Translations under genes and position numbers: made by a program
Shown: positions 24,407 to 34,245 of the stretch, piece after piece
Layout: every line of letters begins with the position of its first letter
How positions within the stretch are numbered: position 1 is the first letter of the stretch
NCBI GenBank assembly: GCA_964652175.1
Contig: CAZZBC010000001.1
Coordinates: 1-38,386, forward strand
From: an uncultured Gammaproteobacteria bacterium
GTDB lineage: Bacteria; Patescibacteriota; Patescibacteriia; Patescibacteriales; JAKAJF01
Direction: 5' to 3'
DNA length: 38,386 bases
Notes under the pieces: model-generated
Database searches by the model: none
What the model saw: the letters and a program-made list of their open reading frames with translations, nothing else
Told to the model about the DNA's origin: nothing

Positions 24407-25111
24407 TTATTTTGTTTTCTTGCGACCGACTATTTCTCCCCGGACGACTTCTTTTTCTTTTTCAAACACTTCGCCTTTATAAATCCAAACTTTAATTCCA
24501 ATGGTTCCGTAGGTAGTATTGGCTGTTCCGCGGGCATAATCTATGTTGGCGCGCAAAGTATGCAACGGCACCTTCCCGGAGGTTAACATTTCTTCTCGCG
24601 CTATTTCCGCCCCGTTAAGCCTTCCGCTTACCACGACCTTAACGCCCAAGGCGCCGGCGCGTTCTACTCGACCAATGGCTTGCTTCATTACTCTGCGAAA
24701 TGGCATTCTTTTCTCTATTTCTAAAATCATCTGCTGCATCACGATTTGCGCGCTTAAATTCGGCCTGTCCGCTTCGGTAATATTCAAATTAATGCTATTC
24801 AATCTGATTCCGCTGGGACGAGATAAAAATTTACGGTGTATTTTCTTTCTTAATTCCTCGGCGCCCGTCCCGCCTCGACCAATAATTAAGCCGGGTTTGG
24901 CCGTAAAAATTTCAATGTTAATTTTATTGGCGCTCCTCTCAATTTCTATTCTGTCAACGCCTGCCTCACGCAATTCCCGGGTTAAAAATTTCTTAATTTC
25001 TACATCTTGTCTGGTTTTGTTTATATAATTTCTGCCGCGGTCAAACCACCTGGATGACCAAGTTTTTGATATCCCGATTCTTAATATTTTTGGATTAACT
25101 TTCTGCCCCAT
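24407..25111 (-). CDS. rpsC: 30S ribosomal protein S3
   Basis: [23 protein letters not shown]; KH domain and S3 C-terminal domain; 234 aa. Confidence 0.95.
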   Translation of the reverse strand: MGQKVNPKILRIGISKTWSSRWFDRGRNYINKTRQDVEIKKFLTRELREAGVDRIEIERSANKINIEIFTAKPGLIIGRGGTGAEELRKKIHRKFLSRPSGIRLNSINLNITEADRPNLSAQIVMQQMILEIEKRMPFRRVMKQAIGRVERAGALGVKVVVSGRLNGAEIAREEMLTSGKVPLHTLRANIDYARGTANTTYGTIGIKVWIYKGEVFEKEKEVVRGEIVGRKKTK

Positions 25112-25154
25112 ATTTCAAATTAAAAAATAAAATATAAAAAATAAAAAATTATTG

Positions 25155-25736
25155 TTACCCGCTTTTTCTCCGAAACATTCTGGAAACAAAACCCTTATGC
25201 CCTCCTCCTTCTATTTTGGCGTGACCATGTCTGCCTTCCATTCGCGGATCAACTATTTTTTTGCCTTTTTCAACTTTTTCGCCGGCAACAATTTCTTTTT
25301 CCTCTTTTTCTTTAATTTTAACGCCCTCATCTTCCTTGTGTTTACCGGCTAATTTGACTGGCGCCTCAATTTTTATTTTTTTAGCCCCCTGGCGGCCGCT
25401 TTCTTTAATCTCGCCCAAAAGCACTTCTACGTGGCTGGCTCTCTTGCGAATTGGCGTAGCCCGACCATGCGCTTTAGGCATCCAACGTTTTAGGGCGGTG
25501 CCTTCGTTAACTGTAATTTTTTTGATATATAAATTATTCTTATCTAAATCAAAATTGTGCTCAGCATTAGCTATGGCCGAATTGACTAATTTAGCCACTG
25601 GCCTGGCCGCCAATTTTTTAATAAACCTCAGTTGGTTTAAAGATTCTTCAACCCTTAGGCCGCGAACAGCATCAACTACCAGGCGAATTTTTCTGGGCGA
25701 CATTCTTATGTTTTTTATTTTGGCTTTAACTTCCAT
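25155..25736 (-). CDS. rplV: 50S ribosomal protein L22 with ~80-aa C-terminal extension
   Basis: Core MEVKAKIKNIRMSPRKIRLVVDAVRG...HVEVLLGE (~110 aa) plus a Lys/Glu/Gly-rich tail to 193 aa. Confidence 0.93.
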   Translation of the reverse strand: MEVKAKIKNIRMSPRKIRLVVDAVRGLRVEESLNQLRFIKKLAARPVAKLVNSAIANAEHNFDLDKNNLYIKKITVNEGTALKRWMPKAHGRATPIRKRASHVEVLLGEIKESGRQGAKKIKIEAPVKLAGKHKEDEGVKIKEKEEKEIVAGEKVEKGKKIVDPRMEGRHGHAKIEGGGHKGFVSRMFRRKSG

Positions 25737-25739
25737 ATT

Positions 25740-26030
25740 TTATTTACTTTCACCCTTCGCTTGTTCTTTGGCCATCTTGCCGCCATGAATAACAAATTTT
25801 CTGGTGGGGGCAAACTCGCCGAACTTATGGCCAACCATATTTTCAACTATAAAAACCGGCACATGCTGCTTGCCATTATGGACGCCAACGGTAAATCCCA
25901 CCATTTCCGGAGTAATGGCGCAAGCCCTATCCCATGTTTTAACAACCGTTTTGTCACCGGGTTTTAAATTTTTTATCTTTTTTAACAGCCTTTCATTAAC
26001 GTACGGCCCTTTTTTCAAACTTCTGGACAT
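25740..26030 (-). CDS. rpsS: 30S ribosomal protein S19
   Basis: [19 protein letters not shown]...[14 protein letters not shown]. Confidence 0.95.
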   Translation of the reverse strand: MSRSLKKGPYVNERLLKKIKNLKPGDKTVVKTWDRACAITPEMVGFTVGVHNGKQHVPVFIVENMVGHKFGEFAPTRKFVIHGGKMAKEQAKGESK

Positions 26031-26033
26031 AAG

Positions 26034-26092
26034 TTATTCGCTTCGCGAACCCGCACTATCCCGCCGACGGCGGGACGGGGACATGCGAATAA
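26034..26092. repeat. GC-rich palindromic element between rplB and rpsS
   Basis: Outer 8-bp stem ttattcgc (26034-41) / gcgaataa (26085-92). Inner palindrome ttcgcgaa and hairpin cccgcc-gac-ggcggg (26060-74). Shares attcgcatgt and cccgccg cores, inverted, with 29525-29550. Confidence 0.6.
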
Positions 26093-26103
26093 TAATATAA
26101 TTA

Positions 26104-26937
26104 TTATTTTTTCTTTCTTCTCTGTATTATTAATTTATTGGAATATTTTTTATTTTTTCTCGTTTTTGCCCCTAACGCCGGCTTGCCCCAGGGAGTTTTA
26201 GGATGCTTCAATCCAATTGATTGCTTGCCTTCGCCGCCGCCATGAGGATGATCAACGGGATTCATGGCCGTGCCTCGAACGGTTGGCCTCCAGCCTAAAT
26301 GCCTTTTTCTGCCCGCGCCGCCGATTTTTATCAATCTTCTGTCAGGATTGCTAACCTGGCCGACGGCGCAAAGACAGTCTTTCTTTATGCGCCTTATTTC
26401 TCCCGATGGCATTTTTAGTTGGGAATAATCTCCTTCCGTGCCCATAATAAAAACCAAATTGCCGGCGGCGCGAGCTATTTTCCCACCCCTACCGGGCTCC
26501 AATTCCACATTATAAACCGCCACTCCGGCCGGTATAAATTTAATGGGCATGGCATTGCCGGGCTTTATCTCCACCTGATCCTTTGAACTAACCACTGCGG
26601 AACCAATATTTAGATCAAGAGGCGCAATTATATATCTTTTTTCTCCGTCCTGGTAATGAAGCAAGGCTATTCTGGCGCCACGGTTAGGGTCATATTCAAT
26701 GGAAGCGACTTTGGCCGGAACATTAAATTTATCCCTCTTAAAATCAATAACGCGGATATACCTTTTGGCTCCCCCGCCGCGATGCCTAATTGTAATTTTA
26801 CCCCCGCTTCTGCCGGCTTTTTGTTTCTTGATTATTACCAAGCTCTTTGTCGGCGCCATTTTGGTAATATCAGAAAAGTCATCAAAAGTTGCTTGACGTC
26901 TTGCTCCTGTTATTGGTTTTACTGTTTTTATCCCCAT
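26104..26937 (-). CDS. rplB: 50S ribosomal protein L2
   Basis: 277 aa; [28 protein letters not shown]. Confidence 0.95.
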   Translation of the reverse strand: MGIKTVKPITGARRQATFDDFSDITKMAPTKSLVIIKKQKAGRSGGKITIRHRGGGAKRYIRVIDFKRDKFNVPAKVASIEYDPNRGARIALLHYQDGEKRYIIAPLDLNIGSAVVSSKDQVEIKPGNAMPIKFIPAGVAVYNVELEPGRGGKIARAAGNLVFIMGTEGDYSQLKMPSGEIRRIKKDCLCAVGQVSNPDRRLIKIGGAGRKRHLGWRPTVRGTAMNPVDHPHGGGEGKQSIGLKHPKTPWGKPALGAKTRKNKKYSNKLIIQRRKKK

Positions 26938-26981
26938 GTTTCAAATTAAAAATTTAAAAATAAAAAATTTTGATATTTTTA

Positions 26982-27422
26982 TTACACTCCTTCATAAACC
27001 TTGATGCTTTCTCCGGCCGGCAAGGTAATAATGGCTTTTTTCCAATCTTTTCGCCTGCCGCTCATTCTGCCGTGCTTTACTTCCTTGCCTTTTATTCTAA
27101 TTATATTCACGCTAACCGGCTGAATTCCATATACTTCATTTACCGCTTTGGCTATCTCAATCTTGTTCGCTCCCTTGGCAACCTCAAAAACATATTTATT
27201 CAAGGCTCCCAGCACGCTGGCTCTTTCTGTTATTAACGGTTTAATCAGCGCCCTATAGGCGCCTCCGTATTTTTTTTCTTTTTTTTCCATTTTATCTTTT
27301 GAAGTCTCGGCGTATAATTCTTTCGTGCTTTGCCGTTTTTCCTCTTTTTGGGCGACACTAATTTTAGCGGTTGACGTTCCGCCTTGCTTATCTTCGGTTT
27401 TTTTTCTGCCAAATAAACCCAT
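26982..27422 (-). CDS. rplW: 50S ribosomal protein L23 with ~50-aa N-terminal extension
   Basis: Core from YRALIKPLITERAS...KFVFEVAKGANKIEIAKAVNEVYG. Charged N-terminal extension (KKTEDKQGG...KDKMEKKEKK). Confidence 0.9.
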   Translation of the reverse strand: MGLFGRKKTEDKQGGTSTAKISVAQKEEKRQSTKELYAETSKDKMEKKEKKYGGAYRALIKPLITERASVLGALNKYVFEVAKGANKIEIAKAVNEVYGIQPVSVNIIRIKGKEVKHGRMSGRRKDWKKAIITLPAGESIKVYEGV

Positions 27423-27458
27423 GTTTCAAATTTAAAATTAAAAAATAAAATATAAAAA

Positions 27459-28133
27459 TTATTGTTTGTATCTTTCCTCCAACTTCTTCACGCCACTAAC
27501 TGTTAAAATTAAATTTTTGTATTTCAACAAATCAATTATATTTATATTATCTAAATTAATAATTTCCGCACCAGGCAAATTTCTTCCTGAATATTTTACC
27601 TTATCATCCTTCTTGTCGTTTATTACCAAAATGCTCCTTTTTGTCTTGTTTTTTTTATTTGTTTTACTTTTATCTTTTGCCAAAATTTTTTCCGTATTCT
27701 TTATCATACTTTCAAATATCTTTGTTTTAAATTCCGGCATTTCTATTTTGTCCAATATTATCAAACAATCGTTCTTTAATTTGTCGGAAAATACCATAAA
27801 AATGGCTTTCTGTTTCATTTTCTTGTTTATTTTTTGGGAAAAATTTCTTGTTGAAAGCGGGCCAAAGATAACGCCGCCGCCCCGCCATTGCGGAGACCTG
27901 ATTGAACCATGTCTGGCTCGCCCCGTTCCTTTTTGCTTCCATGGTTTGCGGCCTCCGCCACGCACCTCGCTTCTGCCTTTGGTATCCGCTAACACCTGTC
28001 GCTCATTCGCCATTTGCGCCACTACCGCCTGATGAATCAGCGCTTCGTTGGCTTTTACGCCGAAAATATCGCCGGCCAATTTGATCGCGCCGGCCTCTTC
28101 GCCTTTTTGGTTGTAAATTTTTTCTTCCGCCAT
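27459..28133 (-). CDS. rplD: 50S ribosomal protein L4
   Basis: GRSEVRGGGRKPWKQKGTGRARHGSIRSPQWRGGGVIFGP; 224 aa. Confidence 0.95.
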   Translation of the reverse strand: MAEEKIYNQKGEEAGAIKLAGDIFGVKANEALIHQAVVAQMANERQVLADTKGRSEVRGGGRKPWKQKGTGRARHGSIRSPQWRGGGVIFGPLSTRNFSQKINKKMKQKAIFMVFSDKLKNDCLIILDKIEMPEFKTKIFESMIKNTEKILAKDKSKTNKKNKTKRSILVINDKKDDKVKYSGRNLPGAEIINLDNINIIDLLKYKNLILTVSGVKKLEERYKQ

Positions 28134-28134
28134 A

Positions 28135-29301
28135 TTAAAATGCAGATAAAACTTTTTCTTTTAACTCGCCCGTCAGCTCTTCCGCCTTTTTGTCTTCCAA
28201 ATTAAATTCACTTTTAAAATATTCTCTTAAATCATTTACGTTCAATTCCTTAACCTCCACTTTCATAATCGCCGCCACTAAATCCACTCCGTATTTCCCC
28301 TCTAGATTGTTGATAATTTCCCTCATCGCCGATTTTGCCAGTTTGTCTCTTAATTCCTCGGGCAAAGCGTTAAATTTGTTTAAATAATCTTCCTTAAACA
28401 CTTTTTCTTCTGGTTCTTTCTGCGCGCCGTTGGCTGCGCCTTTTTCCTCGTCTTTTACGATTTCTACGGCCTTCTTCTCGGCAACTAGCGGCTTTTCTTC
28501 TTTTTTTTCTTCGCTGATTTTTTCGTCGGCTTTTTCAATTTTTTCAACATCCAACTTCTCGCTTTTCATCTCGCTTTTGCCTTCAGCGCCCTTTTTAATA
28601 CTTTCTGAATTTAAGCTGTCTTGCCGATCCTCCTCTTTCTTTGGCGATATTACTTTCAGTTCCCCCTGTCCCGCTATCATTACCAAGCCGTCTCTCGCTC
28701 CCGGCACTGCTCCCCCAATAAGAAGCATGTTATTTTCTTTGTCAATATCAATAATTTCTAAATTTTTAGTGGTCACCTTGCCTCCGCCCATGCGGCCGGC
28801 CATCCGGACTCCTTTAAAAACTCTCTGTGGAGCCTGCGCGCCTATTGAACCGGGCATTCTTAGCTGGTCTTTGTTGCCGTGGGTTTTGTCTTGGCCATGA
28901 AAACCGTGCCTTTTTACTACGCCCTGGAAACCCTTTCCCTTGGATACTCCTTCTACCTCGATTTTATCGCCCGGAGCAAAGGCCGTCACATCAATAACGT
29001 CGCCCGCTCCCAATTTTGACGCTTCTTCGGATGAAATCCTAAATTCCCTCAAATATTTCAAATTAATTTTTAATTTTTTATTTTTAATTTTTAATTTATT
29101 TAAGTGCTCTTTTTGCGGTTTTTTTATATTTTTCTCTTTTTTTTCTCCGTACCCAACCTGCGCGGCCGCATATCCGTCCTTGCTTTCATTTTTAATCTGC
29201 ACGATCGGACAAGGGCCGGCCTGAACACGGGTCACGGCGATTACCTTATCGCCCTGCCATACTTGGGTCATATCCAGTTTTTTTCCTAATATAAATTTCA
29301 T
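28135..29301 (-). CDS. rplC: 50S ribosomal protein L3 fused to a ~170-aa C-terminal extension
   Basis: Start at Met11 of the track ORF (MKFILGKKLDMTQVW). The L3 core ends near GLVMIAGQGELKV (~aa 218 of the mature ORF). It is followed by a Glu/Lys linker and a helical terminal domain (LPEELRDKLAKSAMREIINNLEGKYGVDL...). Confidence 0.9.
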   Translation of the reverse strand: MKFILGKKLDMTQVWQGDKVIAVTRVQAGPCPIVQIKNESKDGYAAAQVGYGEKKEKNIKKPQKEHLNKLKIKNKKLKINLKYLREFRISSEEASKLGAGDVIDVTAFAPGDKIEVEGVSKGKGFQGVVKRHGFHGQDKTHGNKDQLRMPGSIGAQAPQRVFKGVRMAGRMGGGKVTTKNLEIIDIDKENNMLLIGGAVPGARDGLVMIAGQGELKVISPKKEEDRQDSLNSESIKKGAEGKSEMKSEKLDVEKIEKADEKISEEKKEEKPLVAEKKAVEIVKDEEKGAANGAQKEPEEKVFKEDYLNKFNALPEELRDKLAKSAMREIINNLEGKYGVDLVAAIMKVEVKELNVNDLREYFKSEFNLEDKKAEELTGELKEKVLSAF

Positions 29302-29524
29302 AAAAAAACAAACAAAAAATCGGACATTCACAAGCCAGCGATTTTCTTCCCGGGCTTATGAATACCCGATTCTGGCTAGTTGAGTATCCCCTTCGACTTC
29401 GCTCAGGGCGGATCGCTAAGGACTTTAACTAGTATAAAAAATTGTCAAAATCTAATTCTTAAAAGTGTTAATTATGTTCGTGGACTTGAACATAGTTTCA
29501 TGTGGTTCCGTGGTTCGCTATATT

Positions 29525-29624
29525 TAATTCGCATGTGCGGTCCCGCCGATGACGAGATAACTACATTTAATATTCGCACGTGCGGCATTTGTAGCGCCGC
29601 TCGCCGAAGGCGATAACTACATTT
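29525..29624. repeat. Tandem direct repeat (44 + 56 nt) downstream of rpsJ; the second copy includes the rpsJ stop codon
   Basis: Both units start (t/a)a(-/t)attcgca(t/c)gtgcgg and end gataactacattt (29556-68 and 29612-24, 13/13). The middles are different GC hairpins (cccgccg...; cgccgctcgccgaaggcg). Confidence 0.7.
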
Positions 29625-29985
29625 TGATTTCCACGTCCACGCCGGCCGGCAAGCTCAAATTAGTTAAAGCTTCAATAGTCTTGGCTGTCGGCTCAATAAT
29701 ATCAACCAACCTTTTATGAATCCTCATCTCGTACTGGTCCCGGGCATCTTTATGCACAAACGTAGAACGGTTAACCGTATATTTTTTCTTCTCGGTAGGC
29801 AATGGAATGGGCCCAAAAGTCTGGGCGCCGCTCCGCAAAGCCGTATCAAGAATTGTCCTTGTTGATTGGTCAATTATTTTATGGTCAAAGGCTTTAATTT
29901 TAATGCGGATGCGCTGCTTGGACTCCTCTTTTTCGTTCACATTCTCTGTTACTTTTTTTCTTTTTTTGTCTTTACTGTCGGTCAT
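29617..29985 (-). CDS. rpsJ: 30S ribosomal protein S10 with ~25-aa N-terminal extension
   Basis: [18 protein letters not shown]...[24 protein letters not shown]. Start taken at Met9 of the track ORF. Confidence 0.93.
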   Translation of the reverse strand: MTDSKDKKRKKVTENVNEKEESKQRIRIKIKAFDHKIIDQSTRTILDTALRSGAQTFGPIPLPTEKKKYTVNRSTFVHKDARDQYEMRIHKRLVDIIEPTAKTIEALTNLSLPAGVDVEIKM

Positions 29986-30135
29986 TTTTAATTTCCCACA
30001 AATCAACAAATCTAACTACAAATACACAAATACTAACTTTCTACTCCCTTTTTTAAAAGAGGCAAGGAAGGATTATTCGTGATATTCGTTGTAAAATTCG
30101 TTAATTCGCTAGGAGCTTCTTAAATAAACACTATC

Positions 30136-30165
30136 TTCCGCCCGTTTTAAAGAACACGGGCGGAA
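30136..30165 (-). terminator. Strong hairpin between tuf and rpsJ (attenuator/partial terminator)
   Basis: ttccgcccg (30136-44) / cgggcggaa (30157-65), a 9-bp GC-rich stem starting 8 nt after the tuf stop. The downstream U-tract on the minus strand is weak (GATAGTGTTTATTT). Confidence 0.45.
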
Positions 30166-30172
30166 TAACTGC

Positions 30173-31360
30173 TTATTTAATGATTTTGGTTACGGCGCCG
30201 GCGCCAACGGTTCTGCCGCCTTCGCGAATGGCGAATCTCTGTTTTTCTTCCAAGGCGATCGGAGAAATCAATTTTATTTTCAAATTGACGGTGTCGCCAG
30301 GCATAACCATTTCGCTCCCGGCCGGAAGTTCAACTTCGCCGGTAACGTCGGTGGTGCGGATATAAAATTGCGGCTTGTAACCCTTGAAAAACGGCTTGTG
30401 TCTTCCGCCTTCCTCTTTAGTTAAGATGTAAACCGCGCCTTCAAATTCGGTATGAGGAGTAACGGTTCCAATTTTGGCGAGCACTTGTCCTCTTTCCACC
30501 TCGTCTTTCTTGGTGCCGCGAAGAAGCACCCCCGCGTTATCTCCGGCGCGTCCTTCATCCAAAGATTTATTAAACATTTCAATGCCGGTAACAACGGTTT
30601 TGGTGGTGTCGCGCAAGCCGATTATTTCAACTTCTTCGTTAACCTTAATAACGCCCCTCTCAATTCTGCCAGTTACCACCGTGCCTCGTCCTTCAATGGA
30701 AAAAATATCTTCAATCGGCATCAAAAACGGCTTATCAGTGTCGCGCACCGGCTCCGGAATAAAATCATCAATCGCTTTGATTAAGTCCAAAACAGGCTGA
30801 GCGTCCGGTCCGCTGGGATTTTCCAATGCTTTTAAGGCAGAGCCGCGGATAATCGGAGTGGTGTCGCCGGGAAATTCGTACTTTTTAAGCAAGTCTCTAA
30901 TCTCTTCTTCCACCAAGTCAATCAGCTCCTTATCCTCCACCATATCAACTTTGTTTAAAAAAACAACGATATAAGGAACGCCCACTTGGCGGGCAAGCAA
31001 AATATGTTCTCTGGTTTGAGGCATGGGGCCGTCAGTGGCGGCCACCACTAAAATAGCGCCGTCCATTTGGGCAGCGCCCGTAATCATGTTTTTCACATAA
31101 TCGGCGTGTCCCGGACAATCAACATGGGCGTAATGACGTTTCTCGGATTCATATTCCACGTGAGCGGTGGCAATAGTGATGCCGCGCGCTTTTTCTTCCG
31201 GAGCGGAGTCAATCTGGTCAACGCTTTTTTTAGTCGCTCTCAATCCTTTAGCCGCGACAACACTTAAAATAGCCGCGGTCAAAGTTGTTTTCCCATGGTC
31301 AACGTGGCCAATCGTGCCAATATTGACATGAGGTTTTGTGCGTTCAAATTTTTCTGCCAT
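30173..31360 (-). CDS. tuf: Elongation factor Tu
   Basis: 395 aa; [22 protein letters not shown]. Confidence 0.98.
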   Translation of the reverse strand: MAEKFERTKPHVNIGTIGHVDHGKTTLTAAILSVVAAKGLRATKKSVDQIDSAPEEKARGITIATAHVEYESEKRHYAHVDCPGHADYVKNMITGAAQMDGAILVVAATDGPMPQTREHILLARQVGVPYIVVFLNKVDMVEDKELIDLVEEEIRDLLKKYEFPGDTTPIIRGSALKALENPSGPDAQPVLDLIKAIDDFIPEPVRDTDKPFLMPIEDIFSIEGRGTVVTGRIERGVIKVNEEVEIIGLRDTTKTVVTGIEMFNKSLDEGRAGDNAGVLLRGTKKDEVERGQVLAKIGTVTPHTEFEGAVYILTKEEGGRHKPFFKGYKPQFYIRTTDVTGEVELPAGSEMVMPGDTVNLKIKLISPIALEEKQRFAIREGGRTVGAGAVTKIIK

Positions 31361-31477
31361 TGTTTTAGTTACGACCCCAGCCCCAGTTTAAAAAACTAGA
31401 GCTGGGTTTTTGCCCCAATGGGGCGTCCAGCCGTATAAAATTATTATAATTCAATATATTTGTAAATTTGCGAGAAC

Positions 31478-31960
31478 TTAAAATTTTATTTCTTCCAAAT
31501 ATTGTCGATCTTCTTCAATAATGTCTTCCGCCGCCTTCTTCCTGGCTGTTGGTATTGCCCAAACCTTCTTACCTTCTTTTCTTTCCCTTCTTTCCCTCTC
31601 GTTTTGCTCGTTTTGCTTTTTTCTTGCTCCGCTTAAATAAAAATTTTCTCTTTGCCTCTCTTCCACCATTCTTCTGTCTTCATTATCATTATTATCATTA
31701 TCATCATCTTTAGAAAAAAAATTGTCATTAAAAGCACTAAAATCATGCTCGCTTTTCCAAATGGCAACGTCGCGATTTATCTTATCAAGTAATTCATCTT
31801 CTGTCAAGTTGTGCAAATCGCTCTTGCCTACCGCCAACTTTTCATACTGATCCAAGTCCATAACCACATAAGCGTCGTCAGGTTTTGAAGCGCTAAAAAC
31901 AATCACCCGGTCGCCGGTCTTTTTTGCTAGATTTATTATTCTTTGCAGTTGATTCTGCAT
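31478..31960 (-). CDS. Hypothetical protein inserted between fusA and tuf; N-terminal Phd/YefM-antitoxin-like segment, highly charged tail
   Basis: RIINLAKKTGDRVIVFSASKPDDAYVVMDLDQYEKL resembles the YefM/Phd N-terminal fold pattern (judged by eye). The C-terminal part is Asp/Asn/Glu/Arg/Lys-rich low complexity. Confidence 0.55.
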   Translation of the reverse strand: MQNQLQRIINLAKKTGDRVIVFSASKPDDAYVVMDLDQYEKLAVGKSDLHNLTEDELLDKINRDVAIWKSEHDFSAFNDNFFSKDDDNDNNDNEDRRMVEERQRENFYLSGARKKQNEQNERERRERKEGKKVWAIPTARKKAAEDIIEEDRQYLEEIKF

Positions 31961-32024
31961 ATTTCTTTGTCATCGATATGTTTTTATATTAAGCCATCTC
32001 CTTGTCGCCGTCAACTCTCGCTTT

Positions 32025-34106
32025 TTATTTTCCGCTTTTCCCTTCCGTAATCTGCTCGGCTATGTTTTTCGGCACCTCGGCGTAATGCGAAAATTCCATT
32101 GAATAGCTGGCTCGGCCTTGAGTCATTGATCTTAATTGAGTGGCGTAACCAAACATCGAGACTAATGGCACCTTCGCTTTAATTGACTTCACTTGCCCCC
32201 GGTCGGCCATCTCTTCAATTTGCCCTCTTTTGGAATTTAAATCTCCAATCACCTCTCCCATAAAATTCTCCGGCGTTACCACGTCAACTTTCATAATCGG
32301 TTCCAATATTATCGGACCGGCCTTTTTGGCGGCTTCCTGAAAGCCCATGGAACCGGCGATCTTAAAAGCCCCTTCCGAAGAATCAACTTCGTGGTAAGTG
32401 CCGTCGTAAACCGCAACCTTAATATCAACCAAAGGATAGCCGGCGACAACCCCTCTATCCAAAGCTTCTTTAATTCCTTTATTAATGGCAGGTATATATT
32501 CTCTGGGAATAGCGCCGCCTTTTATCTCATCAATAAATTCGTAGCCCTTGCCAACTTCATTCGGTTCAACCCGCAGCCAGCAATGGCCATATTGGCCGCG
32601 GCCGCCCGATTGCCTTATATATTTTCCTTCGGCCTCGGCGGTTTTGGTGATTGTTTCGCGATAAGCCACTTGCGGAGCACCAACGTTCGCTTCCACGTTG
32701 AATTCGCGCTTCAGGCGGTCAATAATAATATCCAAATGCAATTCTCCCATGCCGGAAATCAATGTTTGGTTGGTTTCTTCATCGGTTTTCACTTTAAAAG
32801 TCGGATCTTCTTCGGCCAGTTTGGCGAGAGCCAAGCCCATTTTTTCCTGATCAGCCTTGGTTTTCGGTTCAACCGCGATGGAAATAACCGGTTCCGGAAA
32901 AGTGATGGACTCAAGCACGACAGAACGGCTTTCGTCGCACAAAGTATTGCCGGTGGTCGCGCCTTTCAAGCCGATAACAGCCGCGATTTCTCCGGCATAA
33001 ACTTCGGCCACTTCTTCGCGGTGGTTGGCGTGCATCCTGACAATGCGGCCGATGCGCTCCTTGTTTCCGGTGGAAGAATTAAGAACATAAGAACCGGCTT
33101 TTAACACTCCGGAATAAACCCGTATAAAACATAATTTTCCCACAAAAGGGTCAGTGGCGATCTTAAAAGCCAGGGCGGCAAATTTTTCGTCATCACTGAC
33201 TTTTATTTCTATTTTTTTACTCTCATCATCGGGATCAAAACCAACGGGAGGGGGTATGTCAAGCGGCGAAGGCAAATATTCAACCACCGAATCAAGCATA
33301 AATTGCACTCCCTTGTTTTTCAAGGCGGAACCGCAAAGCACCGGCACGATTTTTCCGGCGCAAACGGCTTTGCGCAATTCTTTTTTTAAATTATCCACGG
33401 CTATTTCCTCGCCGGCCAGATATTTGCTTAATAATTCTTCGTTATGTTCAACAATCGCTTCCACCAACTTGCCGCGATATTCTTCAACCCTGTCTTTCAT
33501 ATCGGCCGGCACGTCCGTATCTTCCCATTTAATGCCCAGATCATCAAGATAAATACGCGACCGCCTTTCAAATAAATCAATAATGCCTTTAAAATCGCTC
33601 TCCACTCCAATCGGCAATTGGACAGGATGAGCGTGTTTGGTAAGCCGCTCATGGATTGAAGTTAAATCTTTGTAAAAATCGGCCCCGGTTCGATCTAACT
33701 TATTAATAAAAGCCAAGCGGGGAACATTGTATTTGTCCGCCTGATGCCAGACGGTTTCGGATTGCGGCTCCACCCCGGCCACGCCGTCAAATACGACCAC
33801 GCCGCCGTCCAGCACCCTTAAAGAACGTTCTACTTCAGCGGTAAAGTCAACGTGCCCCGGGGTGTCAATAATGTTAATGCGCGCGTCTTTCCAAAAACAG
33901 GTGGTAGCGGCGGAAGTGATGGTGATGCCGCGTTCGCGCTCTTGCGCCATCCAATCCATGGTGGCTTCGCCTTCATGCACCTCTCCTAATTTGTGTTTCT
34001 TTCCCGTGTAAAACAAAATACGCTCGGTAACGGTTGTTTTTCCGGCGTCAATATGGGCGATAATTCCTATATTTCTAGTTTTCTCAAGGCTATATTCTCT
34101 GGGCAT
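32025..34106 (-). CDS. fusA: Elongation factor G
   Basis: 693 aa; [27 protein letters not shown]. Confidence 0.98.
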   Translation of the reverse strand: MPREYSLEKTRNIGIIAHIDAGKTTVTERILFYTGKKHKLGEVHEGEATMDWMAQERERGITITSAATTCFWKDARINIIDTPGHVDFTAEVERSLRVLDGGVVVFDGVAGVEPQSETVWHQADKYNVPRLAFINKLDRTGADFYKDLTSIHERLTKHAHPVQLPIGVESDFKGIIDLFERRSRIYLDDLGIKWEDTDVPADMKDRVEEYRGKLVEAIVEHNEELLSKYLAGEEIAVDNLKKELRKAVCAGKIVPVLCGSALKNKGVQFMLDSVVEYLPSPLDIPPPVGFDPDDESKKIEIKVSDDEKFAALAFKIATDPFVGKLCFIRVYSGVLKAGSYVLNSSTGNKERIGRIVRMHANHREEVAEVYAGEIAAVIGLKGATTGNTLCDESRSVVLESITFPEPVISIAVEPKTKADQEKMGLALAKLAEEDPTFKVKTDEETNQTLISGMGELHLDIIIDRLKREFNVEANVGAPQVAYRETITKTAEAEGKYIRQSGGRGQYGHCWLRVEPNEVGKGYEFIDEIKGGAIPREYIPAINKGIKEALDRGVVAGYPLVDIKVAVYDGTYHEVDSSEGAFKIAGSMGFQEAAKKAGPIILEPIMKVDVVTPENFMGEVIGDLNSKRGQIEEMADRGQVKSIKAKVPLVSMFGYATQLRSMTQGRASYSMEFSHYAEVPKNIAEQITEGKSGK

Positions 34107-34245
34107 GTTTCAAATTAAAAATGTAAATATCAAAATGCAAAATGACATTGTAAAATGAAAAGTTATTTTTCTATACCAATTCTTAATTTTAAACTTTGAA
34201 TTGTAATTTTGATTTTTAAATTTTAAATTTTAAATTTCGCGAGCG

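Noticed and set aside
20349-29331. Plus-strand track ORFs antisense to the ribosomal protein genes (for example 20584..20829, 24543..25028, 25261..25788, 27466..28032, 28430..28900, 28940..29224)
   Set aside because: Each lies entirely within a strongly supported minus-strand r-protein CDS. They have Phe/Leu/Ser/Ile-rich low-complexity translations, as expected for the antisense of Lys/Glu-rich genes.
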